Positions 1 through 8,790 of a DNA stretch of 64,000 nt are shown here, in pieces. The DNA is taken from assembly GCA_964496095.1 (NCBI GenBank), contig CAZBWU010000003.1, positions 65,901 to 129,900 of the forward strand, given 5' to 3'. Numbering within the stretch: the first letter of the stretch is position 1; each line of letters starts with the position of its first letter. Position numbers and translations under genes: made by a program. Under the pieces are notes generated by a model. That model saw only the letters and a list, made by a program, of their open reading frames with translations, ran no database searches and was not told the DNA's origin. The stretch is from an uncultured Gammaproteobacteria bacterium (GTDB taxonomy: Bacteria; Patescibacteriota; Patescibacteriia; Magasanikbacterales; GWA2-37-8).

Positions 1-85
1 ACGAAGCCAATCTTGCATGATACGCTACTAATTCACCATGCGCGACAGACTCCATACCCTCTCCTGTCCCTGGTTTTCTTGCCAT
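1..85 (-). CDS. hypothetical protein, 5' fragment (continues beyond window start)
   Basis: ATG at 85..83 on the minus strand opens a frame (MARKPGTGEGMESVAHGELVAYHARLAS...) that runs off the window edge. It starts 13 nt after the stop of the 97..387 gene on the same strand. No motif recognised. Confidence 0.2.
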   Translation of the reverse strand, partial: MARKPGTGEGMESVAHGELVAYHARLAS

Positions 86-96
86 ATAATTCAAAA

Positions 97-387
97 TTAA
101 ATTATAGAATCTAGCGCCTGATTTGTACCTGCATTTATTTTTAATATTTTTGCTTGAAACTCTTCCTCTGCTTTTTGTAAATCTTGGGCAAGTTTACTAT
201 CTGGATCTTGGGTCATAGCCTGCAAATAATTTATTTCTAAAGCATTGATTAAGTTATCAATTTGTATTTCTGTCATGTGCGGTAACAAGCCAAGCATAGC
301 TTCACGCTCTTGGTCAGTAATTTTTAAAGACACAATCAAAATTCCTAATTTCCTGCCTTTTTCTTCGGCTGTTTGTATATTGGACAT
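97..387 (-). CDS. hypothetical protein (96 aa)
   Basis: Intact ORF tightly spaced with neighbouring genes. No recognisable domain. Confidence 0.35.
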   Translation of the reverse strand: MSNIQTAEEKGRKLGILIVSLKITDQEREAMLGLLPHMTEIQIDNLINALEINYLQAMTQDPDSKLAQDLQKAEEEFQAKILKINAGTNQALDSII

Positions 388-402
388 AAATTTTAAAATA
401 AA

Positions 403-1032
403 TTACCCACCAAACAAATTATGCTTACGATAACGAAGAACCCATAAACTAGAAATCAAAACACCCACCAAAAATCCAATACCGGCGTTAGCAAAAAAGT
501 TTGGGCGGTCAGGCCAGCGAGAGATAAGAGGGTCACTTACGGACTTAATAGCCACATCACCACCAAGGTATTCCCATCCTTGAGTTACCATAGTTTGCGT
601 GATGGCGTTTGACAAAGCCATAGCTTCATCTTGAGTATAACTATAGACTTTAATATTCATAATACTAACGCCATAGGACATATTTGCCTGTACATCCTTT
701 GTCCATTTCTTGCGCTGTTTTATGTCTTCTAAATTTTTCCAAGGTTCTCTGTCAAAAGAATAGGTAGTATTATTCATCACTTTGTTAAAAAAATCTGTAG
801 TATTGATAAGTTCTGTGAGATTGGCGCCAACTTTTTCGGCAGATCTGGCTTGGGTATAAGGATCTACCCCACTTTTATCTCGTGAAATAATTAAGACTTG
901 AGTAGTGGCGCTATATTGTTTTGGGAAAAACAAACTAGCAAAAATTGAACTGGTTAAAAAAACTAAACCCCAAACAATAATTAGAGCGCTGTGTTTTTTT
1001 AAGATATTGAACATATTTATTCTAATTGTCAT
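403..1032 (-). CDS. polysaccharide chain-length determinant, Wzz/CapA-like
   Basis: N-terminal TM, then ...KQYSATTQVLIISRDKSGVDPYTQARSAEKVGANLTELINT..., then a C-terminal TM (GIGFLVGVLISSLWVL). This is the two-TM topology and N-terminal motif of Wzz-family modulators. Confidence 0.5.
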   Translation of the reverse strand: MTIRINMFNILKKHSALIIVWGLVFLTSSIFASLFFPKQYSATTQVLIISRDKSGVDPYTQARSAEKVGANLTELINTTDFFNKVMNNTTYSFDREPWKNLEDIKQRKKWTKDVQANMSYGVSIMNIKVYSYTQDEAMALSNAITQTMVTQGWEYLGGDVAIKSVSDPLISRWPDRPNFFANAGIGFLVGVLISSLWVLRYRKHNLFGG

Positions 1033-1150
1033 TCCGAACCCTTTACAGGGTGAGGAATCTCTGTCAAATTTCTATCCTAGTAGATTCTGAAATAAATTCA
1101 GAATGACAGACGGGACAGAGATCCTTCGGCATGTAAGCCTCAGGATGACA
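1027..1150. repeat. MITE-like palindromic element, family A (composite copy)
   Basis: tgtcattccgaacc...ggaatctctgtc ... gggacagagatccttcgg...caggatgaca. Termini and core are shared with about 10 other copies in the window. Confidence 0.7.
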
Positions 1151-1164
1151 GATATGTTAAATTT

Positions 1165-2229
1165 TTATTTTGTTTGTATTACCTTTACATCTATCTCCAA
1201 AACTTTTCCCGCACGTAAAACTTTTATTTTTACCATTTCAGCGTTGCTAATAATATACCACAAATTGTCAACTGAAACAATTCTGCCATTTATTTCTGTG
1301 AGCAAATCTCCTTTACGAAGCAAATTTCCAACAGACAAAACATTGGAAACAAAAAATCCTTGTACTTTTTCTTTGGCGCCGGTTTCATTTTTTGAATCCA
1401 CAAAAATTGTTTGCTCTTCGCTAAACCAACCCTCCACACCCAGAGAAGAATAAGATAATACTTGTTTACTCAATACTTTTGACAGAACACGAGTAATATT
1501 GGCAACAGGTAAAAGCAAATTATTTTCTGAAACCAAACCAACTACTCGACCTTGATTATTTATCGCTACTCCCCCACTAGCAAAAACACCATTCAAAGAA
1601 TAGCTACGGACGGGCGCCATATCCACATGCGGAATTTTATAATTTAAGACCGGATACAGCACAGTGCCATGATACCAATTAGTATCTTGCCAAACAAAGA
1701 TATCGTCTAACGGCGCATTTTCATCGACAAACTCTACAACTTTAAACTGATCGTTTTTAATCTTTAAATACAAAACACTAGAATATTTATCCCAAACCGC
1801 GCTTTCGGCAGAATAAATCTTATCCCCATTACCCACCACATAAATGTTTTTATATATGCCATCATAGTTAGGTTGATAGGTAGCCAACCAACCATCGGAG
1901 CTCAACATAATGCCATCACCAATTTTTTTACTAAAATAATTAACACCGGCCAAACTTGTAGAACCTCTATGCACACTTACCAAGCGAGAAGATATTTCCT
2001 CACGAATAAGATTTTCTAATTGCGCGCGAGATAATCCTGGGCGAGTATATGAGTTTATCCAAGTGTCGTCTTCGGTAAATCGTGGCCACACCCAACCAAG
2101 CATCATCGAGGCGCCAGTAACACCGGCCAAAAGACTAATAGAGATAATAAACAAAAACCATTTCAGCCTTTGCAAAAATTTTTGAGTTTCCGGATTTTGT
2201 GTTTTTGGAGGAAGGTGCGGAGGAATCAT
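1165..2229 (-). CDS. membrane-anchored trypsin-like serine peptidase with C-terminal PDZ domain (HtrA-like)
   Basis: N-terminal TM. A Gly-rich ...GVFASGGVAINNQGRVVGLVSEN... segment resembles the GNSGG active-site region. The C-terminal ...GVEGWF...KGDLLTEINGRIV... is PDZ-like. Confidence 0.5.
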   Translation of the reverse strand: MIPPHLPPKTQNPETQKFLQRLKWFLFIISISLLAGVTGASMMLGWVWPRFTEDDTWINSYTRPGLSRAQLENLIREEISSRLVSVHRGSTSLAGVNYFSKKIGDGIMLSSDGWLATYQPNYDGIYKNIYVVGNGDKIYSAESAVWDKYSSVLYLKIKNDQFKVVEFVDENAPLDDIFVWQDTNWYHGTVLYPVLNYKIPHVDMAPVRSYSLNGVFASGGVAINNQGRVVGLVSENNLLLPVANITRVLSKVLSKQVLSYSSLGVEGWFSEEQTIFVDSKNETGAKEKVQGFFVSNVLSVGNLLRKGDLLTEINGRIVSVDNLWYIISNAEMVKIKVLRAGKVLEIDVKVIQTK

Positions 2230-2300
2230 ATTATAATTACTAAGGATGAGTATAAAATAAAATATTTTTTTTCGAAGCCTGACGTAATTTCAAGCTTTGC

Positions 2301-3101
2301 TTATTTCCATCTAACGATAAAAATCAAAAAAATAATAAATAAAAAAATGTTGGTACTCAAAAATAAAATTTGTTTTTTCCAATGTATACCTTCGGGACTT
2401 AGATTAAAGCGCACCAGTAGCCAGACCACATACCAACACCAAATAAGAATCAGGGTACTTACCAAATAACCCATTGGCAAAATATTTAAAACCCAAAATA
2501 ATTCTAGGGTAACTAAAAACCAAGCTCCCAACCAAACCCAAAAACGTTTATTTACAACTATACCATATTCCCACCACCACCAACCGGCAAACAAAGATGC
2601 GAATAATGACGCAAATGAAAGCCAAACCCAAGGAGCAATATTTGGTGTAATTTGAAATGAAATAATAGCTTGAGCGCCTTCAAAAATACCTGCCAAACCA
2701 ACTGCTGACATCAAAAATCGCCAACGTAAATGCGGTTTGAGAAAAGCCGTTAAACTAACATGTGAGTCGGGTAGCAACCAAAAACTAAAAAAGGACAGAA
2801 GTGAAAAGAGTGTGGCAAATAAATACCAAGCAAAATCCCATTCTATAAATAAAAGAAAAGCTAGAGACCCAAGTGTTAAGGCGACTAGAGAGACCAAGTG
2901 CTTCCATCGACTCATTTCCTTTGGATAATAGACCATCCACATGGCTCCCGCCCAAACTGCAACTCTTGCCCCGAACCAAATACCTACCACCCACCAAGAA
3001 TGTAAAAAAGTTTTGAAACCAAACAATAAAGCCACATTGATTACCAAATCTATGACGGCTGCTAATTTTGGATGAAGAGAAATTGATTTTAATTTAAGCA
3101 T
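2301..3101 (-). CDS. polytopic membrane protein, Trp-rich, hypothetical
   Basis: 8+ predicted hydrophobic helices. No motif recognised. Confidence 0.4.
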   Translation of the reverse strand: MLKLKSISLHPKLAAVIDLVINVALLFGFKTFLHSWWVVGIWFGARVAVWAGAMWMVYYPKEMSRWKHLVSLVALTLGSLAFLLFIEWDFAWYLFATLFSLLSFFSFWLLPDSHVSLTAFLKPHLRWRFLMSAVGLAGIFEGAQAIISFQITPNIAPWVWLSFASLFASLFAGWWWWEYGIVVNKRFWVWLGAWFLVTLELFWVLNILPMGYLVSTLILIWCWYVVWLLVRFNLSPEGIHWKKQILFLSTNIFLFIIFLIFIVRWK

Positions 3102-3260
3102 AAGTGTTTAATCTTAAAGAATTGTACTCGTTTTTTTAAGGAAAAGCAAACATCAAACATCTCAATATTAACGGCTTAATATAATACGAAAGGCCTAATT
3201 TGTCAATCATAACTATTTCTGCTAATATTGAACAATTATAAACGTAATCAATTATACAAT

Positions 3261-3373
3261 TGTCATTCGAGCAAAGTGTAGAATCTCTGCCCATACAACC
3301 GCCATTCGCTCGACTTGACCGAAGACAACAACGAAAAACCGGACAGAGATCCTTCATTTCATTCAGGATGACA
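3261..3373. repeat. MITE-like palindromic element, family A
   Basis: tgtcattcgagcaaagtgtagaatctctgcc...ggacagagatccttc...caggatgacaa. It lies directly upstream of smpB and explains the spurious N-terminal extension of ORF 3260..3823. Confidence 0.7.
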
Positions 3374-3381
3374 AACAATAC

Positions 3382-3823
3382 TATGCCCCTTGCCCAAAAC
3401 AAAAAAGCCGAGTTTGAATATGAAATCCTAGAGAAATACGAGGCTGGTTTGGTATTATCAGGACAAGAGGTAAAATCCGCTAAACTTGGACAAATAAACT
3501 TAAAAGGCTCATACATAACTTTCCACGGTACCAATGCTTCCGTGTTAAATATGCATATTAATAAATACAAAGCTGTGGGTCCCCTACCTGACTATGACCC
3601 GACCCAATCCCGCCGAGTTCTTCTCCATAAAAAACAAATCGCCTATTTAAGGGCAAAATCTATGGAAAAGGGCTTGACAATTGTGCCTTTGCGAGTGTAT
3701 ACTAAGGGACGACTTCTAAAAATAGAAGTGGCTGTAGCTAGAGGAAAAAAACTTTACGACAAAAGAGAAACTCTAAAACAAAGAGATTCTAAAAGAGAAA
3801 TGGCTAGAGAAAGAAAGAATTAA
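3382..3823 (+). CDS. smpB: SsrA-binding protein SmpB
   Basis: MPLAQNKKAEFEYEILEKYEAGLVLSGQEVKS...LLHKKQIAYLRAK...EVAVARGKKLYDKRE. Typical SmpB length and motifs, and it is followed immediately by a tmRNA. Confidence 0.85.
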
Positions 3824-3832
3824 ATTATTTTT

Positions 3833-3911
3833 TGTCATTCTGAACAAAGTGAAGAATCCCTGTCTAAATTACCGAACGGACAGAGATCCTTCGTTACACT
3901 CAGGATGACAA
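3833..3911. repeat. MITE-like palindromic element, family A
   Basis: tgtcattctgaacaaagtgaagaatccctgtc...gacagagatccttcgttacactcaggatgacaa, between smpB and ssrA. Confidence 0.75.
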
Positions 3912-3926
3912 ACGTTTTTTTACAAA

Positions 3927-4323
3927 GGGGGTGCCGGGCTTTCGATAGAAGCTGCTGGCTACACTCGCATACCGAGGAAGCTCTGATCCTCGTTAATCAC
4001 AAAGGGCAACATAATAAGTGCAAACTTGTTATCAAAAGCTAAAGTTGCTTTCAGTAAAATGTTTACTGTCAACGCTTTCGCTCCGGTAATGGCTTAATAC
4101 CCATTTACCCATCACGCCGGCAACACCTAGTAGCCGAATCGTGGTGTCATTCACTAGGCGTAGTCATATAGGAGCGCCGGCTGTTATATGGCGAAGTTAC
4201 TCGGCTCGTCAATCCAATTTTCGTCCTCTTCTATTGGATTGATTAAAGAACAAGAGACACTAAGTATGTAGACGGTTTAGTCAAAGTTATCTAGACGCGA
4301 GTTCAACTCTCGCCACCTCCACA
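3927..4323 (+). ncRNA. ssrA: tmRNA (ssrA)
   Basis: Begins GGGGTGCCGGGCTTTCGATAG and ends with a tRNA-like T-arm and acceptor GACGCGAGTTCAACTCTCGCCACCTCCACA. An internal tag frame ends ...NAFAPVMA-TAA. Position directly downstream of smpB. Confidence 0.75.
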
Positions 4324-4429
4324 GAGAAATCCGGATTTACGGATAACTCAGATATACAGATGATAACGTCTGGACAAACGGTTCAAATCCGTAAATCTGG
4401 ATTATCTGCATATCCGGATAAATCTTAAT

Positions 4430-4975
4430 ATGAGAATATCCCACAAAAAACATAAACCAGAGCCAAAAAAAGTATTTTTCTATAACCAAGGTATTACTGT
4501 ACCAGAAGTTATGGTCTTGGCAAATGACGGCACAAATTTAGGTATCACAAAAACTCCCGACGCCTTAAAAATGGCTCGCGAGCAAGAACTTGATTTGGTT
4601 CTTATCAATCCTAAATCTTCTCCGCCAGTTGCTAAAATTATCGATTTTGGACAATTCCGTTACCAGCAAGAAAAAGAAGAGCGTCTCAAACAAGCTCACG
4701 CCCATGTGACAGAAGTAAAAGGTATCAGATTGTCCTTACGCATCTCTCCTCATGATATGGAGATAAGACAAAACCAAGCTATGCAATTTCTAAATGAAGG
4801 CGATAAAGTAAAAGTAGAAATAATTCTCAAAGGTAGAGAACAACAACAAAGACCAATGGCTGCAGCAGTGGTAGAAAAATTTGTCAGTAATGTTAATGCC
4901 ATTTTACCGGTACGCAAAGACCAAGAAGTAGAATTCCAATTTAACAAAGTGACAGCAATAATCGCTAAAAAGTAA
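4430..4975 (+). CDS. infC: translation initiation factor IF-3
   Basis: ...VMVLANDGTNLGI...ALKMAREQELDLVLINPKSSPPVAKIIDFGQFRYQQEK...GDKVKVEIILKGRE.... Conserved infC-rpmI-rplT order. Exact start uncertain, since IF-3 often uses a non-ATG start. Confidence 0.85.
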   Translation: MRISHKKHKPEPKKVFFYNQGITVPEVMVLANDGTNLGITKTPDALKMAREQELDLVLINPKSSPPVAKIIDFGQFRYQQEKEERLKQAHAHVTEVKGIRLSLRISPHDMEIRQNQAMQFLNEGDKVKVEIILKGREQQQRPMAAAVVEKFVSNVNAILPVRKDQEVEFQFNKVTAIIAKK

Positions 4976-4988
4976 ATTTAATAATAAC

Positions 4989-5060
4989 ACGAATGGGCTC
5001 GAGCCCCACAAATTACACAAATTTATTAGTGTCATTAGTGAGTCGAGAATCGACCATTCG
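4989..5060. repeat. palindromic repeat, second family (acgaatg...cattcg)
   Basis: acgaatgggctcgagcccc...gagtcgagaatcgaccattcg. Same termini and internal GC palindrome as the copy at 20531..20605. Confidence 0.55.
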
Positions 5061-5077
5061 CATTTATCCTAACTTAT

Positions 5078-5272
5078 ATGCCTAAAATGAAAACACACAA
5101 GGCCACAGCCAAAAGATACCAAGTCACTAAGACTGGTAAAATCATGAAACGTACAGCCGGACAAAACCATTTTAATTCCCGTGAAAACGGAAATACCGGT
5201 CGAAACAAAAAGTCAGACGTGGTCACAAGCCAAACCTTACGCCAAGCCATGAAAACTAACTTACCTTATTAA
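5078..5272 (+). CDS. rpmI: 50S ribosomal protein L35
   Basis: MPKMKTHKATAKRYQVTKTGKIMKR... matches the L35 N-terminus. Downstream of infC. Confidence 0.9.
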   Translation: MPKMKTHKATAKRYQVTKTGKIMKRTAGQNHFNSRENGNTGRNKKSDVVTSQTLRQAMKTNLPY

Positions 5273-5301
5273 AAGATTAATCCAGATAAATCTAAAATAA
5301 T

Positions 5302-5649
5302 ATGACACGTATCAAAGGTGGTTTACTCCACGCTAAACGCAGACGAGGCATTCTCAAACACACAAAAGGTTTCCGCTGGGGAAGAAAATCAAAAATCAAG
5401 TTAGCTAAACCAGCTAAAATGAAAGCTGGTCAATATGCTTTCAATGACCGCAAGATCAAGAAGCGCACCAGCCGAGGTTTGTGGAATATAAAAATCAACG
5501 CTGCTGTTCGCAACTTCCAAATGAGCTACAGCAAATTCATTGACGCTCTCAAGAAAAACAATATTGCTCTTGATAGAAAAGTCTTAGCCGACTTGGCTCA
5601 GAATCACGAAGCTATATTTGCTAAAATAGTTGATGCAGTGAAGAAATAA
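5302..5649 (+). CDS. rplT: 50S ribosomal protein L20
   Basis: MTRIKGGLLHAKRRRGILKHTKGF...KAGQYAFNDRKIKKR...LWNIKINAAVRN..SYSKFI matches L20. Confidence 0.9.
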   Translation: MTRIKGGLLHAKRRRGILKHTKGFRWGRKSKIKLAKPAKMKAGQYAFNDRKIKKRTSRGLWNIKINAAVRNFQMSYSKFIDALKKNNIALDRKVLADLAQNHEAIFAKIVDAVKK

Positions 5650-5729
5650 AACACTTCAGTCCACAGACAAACCCTTGAGCCTGCTAAATGTCGCTTTGCG
5701 ACAATCCCCAAGGGGATTATTTAATAGGC

Positions 5730-5855
5730 TTGACAAAAATCTAAAAATTAGTAGTATATAACTACCTCCAAGGCCCAGAGAATGCGTGGTATAAGGAGGA
5801 AACTTACCCTCCTTAGTTTCCTCTCCTCTTACCACGCACTATCTGGGTCTTTTTG
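5730..5855 (+). ncRNA. candidate small structured RNA with own promoter-like element (may also act as a convergent terminator)
   Basis: TTGACA at 5730 and a TAGTAT/TATATA -10 about 17-19 nt later. Then an approximately 85 nt extended hairpin (cccagagaatgcgtggta...taaggagg/cctcctta...taccacgcactatctggg) followed by a T-run. It sits between convergent genes and has no ORF. Confidence 0.3.
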
Positions 5856-5856
5856 T

Positions 5857-6129
5857 TTACAAATTTTTATAAATATCATGCTTACCAATAGAGATAAACA
5901 AAATATCGCCATTTTTTTGGCGCTCAAAAATAATACGATAATTACCAGTAATAGAAATTGACCATAACTCACTTAACTTTCCATGCAAGGCATGAAGGCG
6001 AAGGGATGGATGTAAAGGATTTTCTTTAAAAATTTTTTCTTTTCTCGCCGCTAAAACAAAGAGATCTTTTGGTAATTTTTTTAACTCCACCACAAATTTA
6101 GAAGAATACAAAATACTTGTGATAATCAT
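5857..6129 (-). CDS. type II toxin, RelE/ParE family
   Basis: 90 aa, ...HPSLRLHALHGKLSELWSISITGNYRIIF.... Its start overlaps the upstream small gene by 4 nt. Confidence 0.6.
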   Translation of the reverse strand: MIITSILYSSKFVVELKKLPKDLFVLAARKEKIFKENPLHPSLRLHALHGKLSELWSISITGNYRIIFERQKNGDILFISIGKHDIYKNL

Positions 6130-6353
6130 ACCAGATCAGCCAAAGAATTTGCTTTGATTGACTTGCCGGCTACATACTCCTTACGTGCGTCTCGCGCTGT
6201 TTTTAAAAGCTCAGTTTCAGAAATAAGCTCCTCATCGGCTTTAAACAAATACTTCACATAGGAGCTAACGGAATTATAGCCCCGTTTCTTCGCAAAGATT
6301 TTGATTTGTTTAAGATCGGAAGTAGGTAATGATAAGCTAGTAATTTGACGCAT
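6126..6353 (-). CDS. antitoxin of type II TA pair (RelB/ParD-like)
   Basis: 75 aa acidic/basic small protein immediately upstream of and overlapping the RelE-like gene. Classic TA gene order. Confidence 0.5.
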   Translation of the reverse strand: MRQITSLSLPTSDLKQIKIFAKKRGYNSVSSYVKYLFKADEELISETELLKTARDARKEYVAGKSIKANSLADLV

Positions 6354-6451
6354 AAATATACTGAAGTGAATTATAGAATATAGTGTAATACAGATGTACT
6401 ACAATGTCAAGAGTTAGAGAAATATGTTATCCAATGAAATCAACTACTATG

Positions 6452-7102
6452 CTAATCCACTATACCGCTTGGATTAAGTGTAATATCCCCACTCAAACCA
6501 TAAATACTGCTTTCTAAAACTGCTGATATTGTATACCTGATAGCACCATCGTACGTAGTATAAATGTAAGATTGATTAGGCAATGGATCTGATGGAATCA
6601 ATCCCATATATGGCATAGAGCATCCAAGTATTTTAAAACCATCATTATTTAAACAAGCAAAGTTGGCACTTCCTAAAACAGCGCCTGTGCCCGCTGGATA
6701 AACATTATGATCGGTATAATAAAGTTCTAAAGCTACTTGTAATTGCTTTAAATCTGAAAGGCGCCTATTATCACGTTCTTTTTGTTTTGTATTCTCAACA
6801 GCTACAGGATTTGGAGCGACCAATAATAGTTTAGCTTTTTTCAATGCTTCTTGGTAAGATTTATTAGCAGCCGCTATTTTGGCTCTACGTTCATCTTGCG
6901 CTTTTTTTATGGCTACGTTATAGGCTGTATTTCTAGCTTTTCGATCAGTTTCTTTTCTCTTTATCTCAGCCTTCTGCGCCTCAATTTTTTGTTTTGCTTG
7001 TAATTGAGTTTGCCCAACCGAGACGGAAGTAGCTTTGACCAAAGACGCGCTGGCGGAAAACATAACTACTGCCATCAGAAAAATTCCTACTATTTTTTTC
7101 AT
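6452..7102 (-). CDS. Sec-exported pilin-domain protein (type IV pilin paralog lacking the prepilin leader)
   Basis: The C-terminal 110 aa (RDNRRLSDLKQLQVALELYYTDHNVYP...SMPYMGLIPSDPLPNQSYIYT...ITLNPSGIVD) is about half identical to the pilin at 21484..21933. The N-terminus is a classical signal peptide (MKKIVGIFLMAVVMFSASASLV) followed by a K/A/E/R-rich helical stretch, not the G|FTLIE prepilin motif. Confidence 0.5.
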   Translation of the reverse strand: MKKIVGIFLMAVVMFSASASLVKATSVSVGQTQLQAKQKIEAQKAEIKRKETDRKARNTAYNVAIKKAQDERRAKIAAANKSYQEALKKAKLLLVAPNPVAVENTKQKERDNRRLSDLKQLQVALELYYTDHNVYPAGTGAVLGSANFACLNNDGFKILGCSMPYMGLIPSDPLPNQSYIYTTYDGAIRYTISAVLESSIYGLSGDITLNPSGIVD

Positions 7103-7220
7103 ATTCAAATGAGTGAGAGACAAAATTAAATATGGTTAATTTTGTCCGAGCGAGTGAGAATATATACGCTAAAGCAAATATATTTTGAATTATTTTAATT
7201 ATAATTTTTATGTTCTTGTA

Positions 7221-7547
7221 TTAATTTAATGAGTCCATCTCTGATGTAAGCTCTAATAATTTTTTATCTGAAATTTTTTTTCCCAATTCGAATGCATAGT
7301 CTTCTATACTAGAATCTAGTTTAATACCTGACATATCTATACCAGTTTTTTTATACACTTCCTGATTTAAAGGCCCTAAAATTGACCCGCCTAATTTATG
7401 GTCTACGGGATATTCTCTGGCCCGAATACTATCATAGGAACTAACCATGAATTCCTTTACTAATCTACCCAACAAGGCTAACTTGTCTAATTCTTCCTGA
7501 AATTTTTTCTCAAACGTAATTGATAGCTCTGACTTTTTTTCATTCAT
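7221..7547 (-). CDS. hypothetical protein (108 aa)
   Basis: Intact ORF. No motif recognised. Confidence 0.35.
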   Translation of the reverse strand: MNEKKSELSITFEKKFQEELDKLALLGRLVKEFMVSSYDSIRAREYPVDHKLGGSILGPLNQEVYKKTGIDMSGIKLDSSIEDYAFELGKKISDKKLLELTSEMDSLN

Positions 7548-8042
7548 ATAAACTTATGAGTTAACTTATACCAGCAAGTATACCAAAAAGCCCATAATTT
7601 ACAACATAACCTAGACATCACAAAAACTCCTATCATAAACATCTTTCAACCTTGCTTTGTCCATAACATGTAGTTCTAAAATCGCTCGGGTAAGCGCAAC
7701 ATTCAACAAATCTCGCTGCACCTTTTTAATTTCTGGGATTATCCAATATACAAACAACAAAAAAATTGGCTAACATAAGCCAACTAATTTTAGCGAGGAG
7801 TATGGGACGAAGTGGGAACCTGGGTGGCTAGGGTTAGCCAAATTTAATGATAAAGGATTGACAAAAGCTTAATTATATGATATTATTATTTGTTCTATTA
7901 GTTATTAACTAATAGACTTTGTTCCTTATACATCATGGTAGAAGATACTTTTTAAAGCAGGTACATCTTGCTTTACAGAACATCTTCTACCACACAACAA
8001 CAGGTGAGCGTCAATGACGCCACACCAAGGGAGAGAGATTCT

Positions 8043-8555
8043 ATGAAGAAGGAAAGTCTCTGGCTACTGCCGCTCGCGATCGCCATCGTCTTCTGGATCA
8101 CGGCGATGATCGTCGCTATCCACAACGATTATGTGGGACGGGCCATCCTCTACGGCACGATCTTCGTCCTCAACTTGATCATGCTCGTCGAGTACATGAT
8201 CAAGGTGGAGGTTGCGAAGCTGACCAAGAAGTACGACATCGGCTCTTCGTTCATCATGGTTCCCGTGACGAAGGCCGACACGGCCAGCTGCCCCGAGCAC
8301 GCCGCACAGATCAGCTACGATCGATACACGATTACGTTCCAGGGCTGTCTGGAGCACGGTGCCGATCTAGCGCTCTTCGTGAATGGCAATGCCAAGGAAG
8401 TGGCCGAGCACGCGCGCACCCTCACGGACGCAGGCTCCTTCCTGGATCAGGTCGCGAAGCGACAGCAGATCCCGACGGAGATCGTCGCGAGCCTGCGCGC
8501 CAAGCTGCCGGAGCTGTTCCCCCAGCAACCAGACCCCGACGGCGGCGTACACTGA
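8043..8555 (+). CDS. hypothetical membrane protein encoded by a GC-rich (foreign-composition) cassette
   Basis: Start MKKESLWLL follows aagggagagagattct (SD-like). Two TM helices, then a soluble domain. Codons are G/C-ending throughout, unlike all flanking genes. Opposite-strand ORFs here are treated as GC artefacts. Confidence 0.5.
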   Translation: MKKESLWLLPLAIAIVFWITAMIVAIHNDYVGRAILYGTIFVLNLIMLVEYMIKVEVAKLTKKYDIGSSFIMVPVTKADTASCPEHAAQISYDRYTITFQGCLEHGADLALFVNGNAKEVAEHARTLTDAGSFLDQVAKRQQIPTEIVASLRAKLPELFPQQPDPDGGVH

Positions 8556-8676
8556 ACAACTCGAAGCTCCCAACAACATTCCTATGGAGTAAGGATCAGG
8601 AGGCCTTCACGTAGCTTTATATATAATATAGATTTTGTATACATAGCTACGAAGGTCTCTGAAAAAAATTTATTTA

Positions 8677-8711
8677 AAAAACAACCTTTCTAACAGAAGG
8701 TTGTTTTTTGT
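8677..8711 (+). terminator. rho-independent terminator
   Basis: aaaaacaacctttctaacagaaggttgttttttg, a perfect stem plus a T-run downstream of the GC-rich gene. Confidence 0.6.
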
Positions 8712-8716
8712 TTAAC

Positions 8717-8790
8717 CTGACGGATGTGGTGACCGTCCGTCTACGCAAATTATGGCCATTTTTATATAATTTTTGGTCACAACGTGGACA
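8717..8790. repeat. island boundary element, copy 1 (tgtggtgacYgtccg ... tatggccat ... tttggtcacaaNNtggNcacaatt)
   Basis: About 70% identical to 13948..14030 and to a shorter copy at 10491..10568. Contains a tandem TGGNCACAA direct repeat. Confidence 0.55.

Noticed and set aside
3136-3570. ORF 3136..3570(-) and the first 40 codons of ORF 3260..3823(+)
   Set aside because: Both run through a family-A MITE. SmpB homology begins only at the ATG at 3382.
4324-4430. Inverted repeat (atccggatttacgg / ccgtaaatctggat) after the tmRNA as a possible att site of an ssrA-integrated island
   Set aside because: The next genes (infC-rpmI-rplT) are core genes and there is no duplication of the ssrA 3' end. 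It is more likely the tmRNA terminator or an infC leader structure.
7560-7960. Possible mobile-element genes (integrase or transposase) in the long gap before the GC-rich gene
   Set aside because: All six frames were read, and there is no ORF over about 40 codons and no recombinase motif. The region contains only hairpins (for example aattggctaac...gttagccaatt) and a promoter-like TTGACA...TATATGAT element.
8064-8592. ORFs 8064..8357(-), 8367..8579(-) and 8383..8592(+) overlapping the GC-rich gene
   Set aside because: Long open frames on the other strand or in other frames are expected in GC-rich DNA. Only the 8043..8555 frame has an SD, a membrane-protein-like hydropathy pattern and a downstream terminator.
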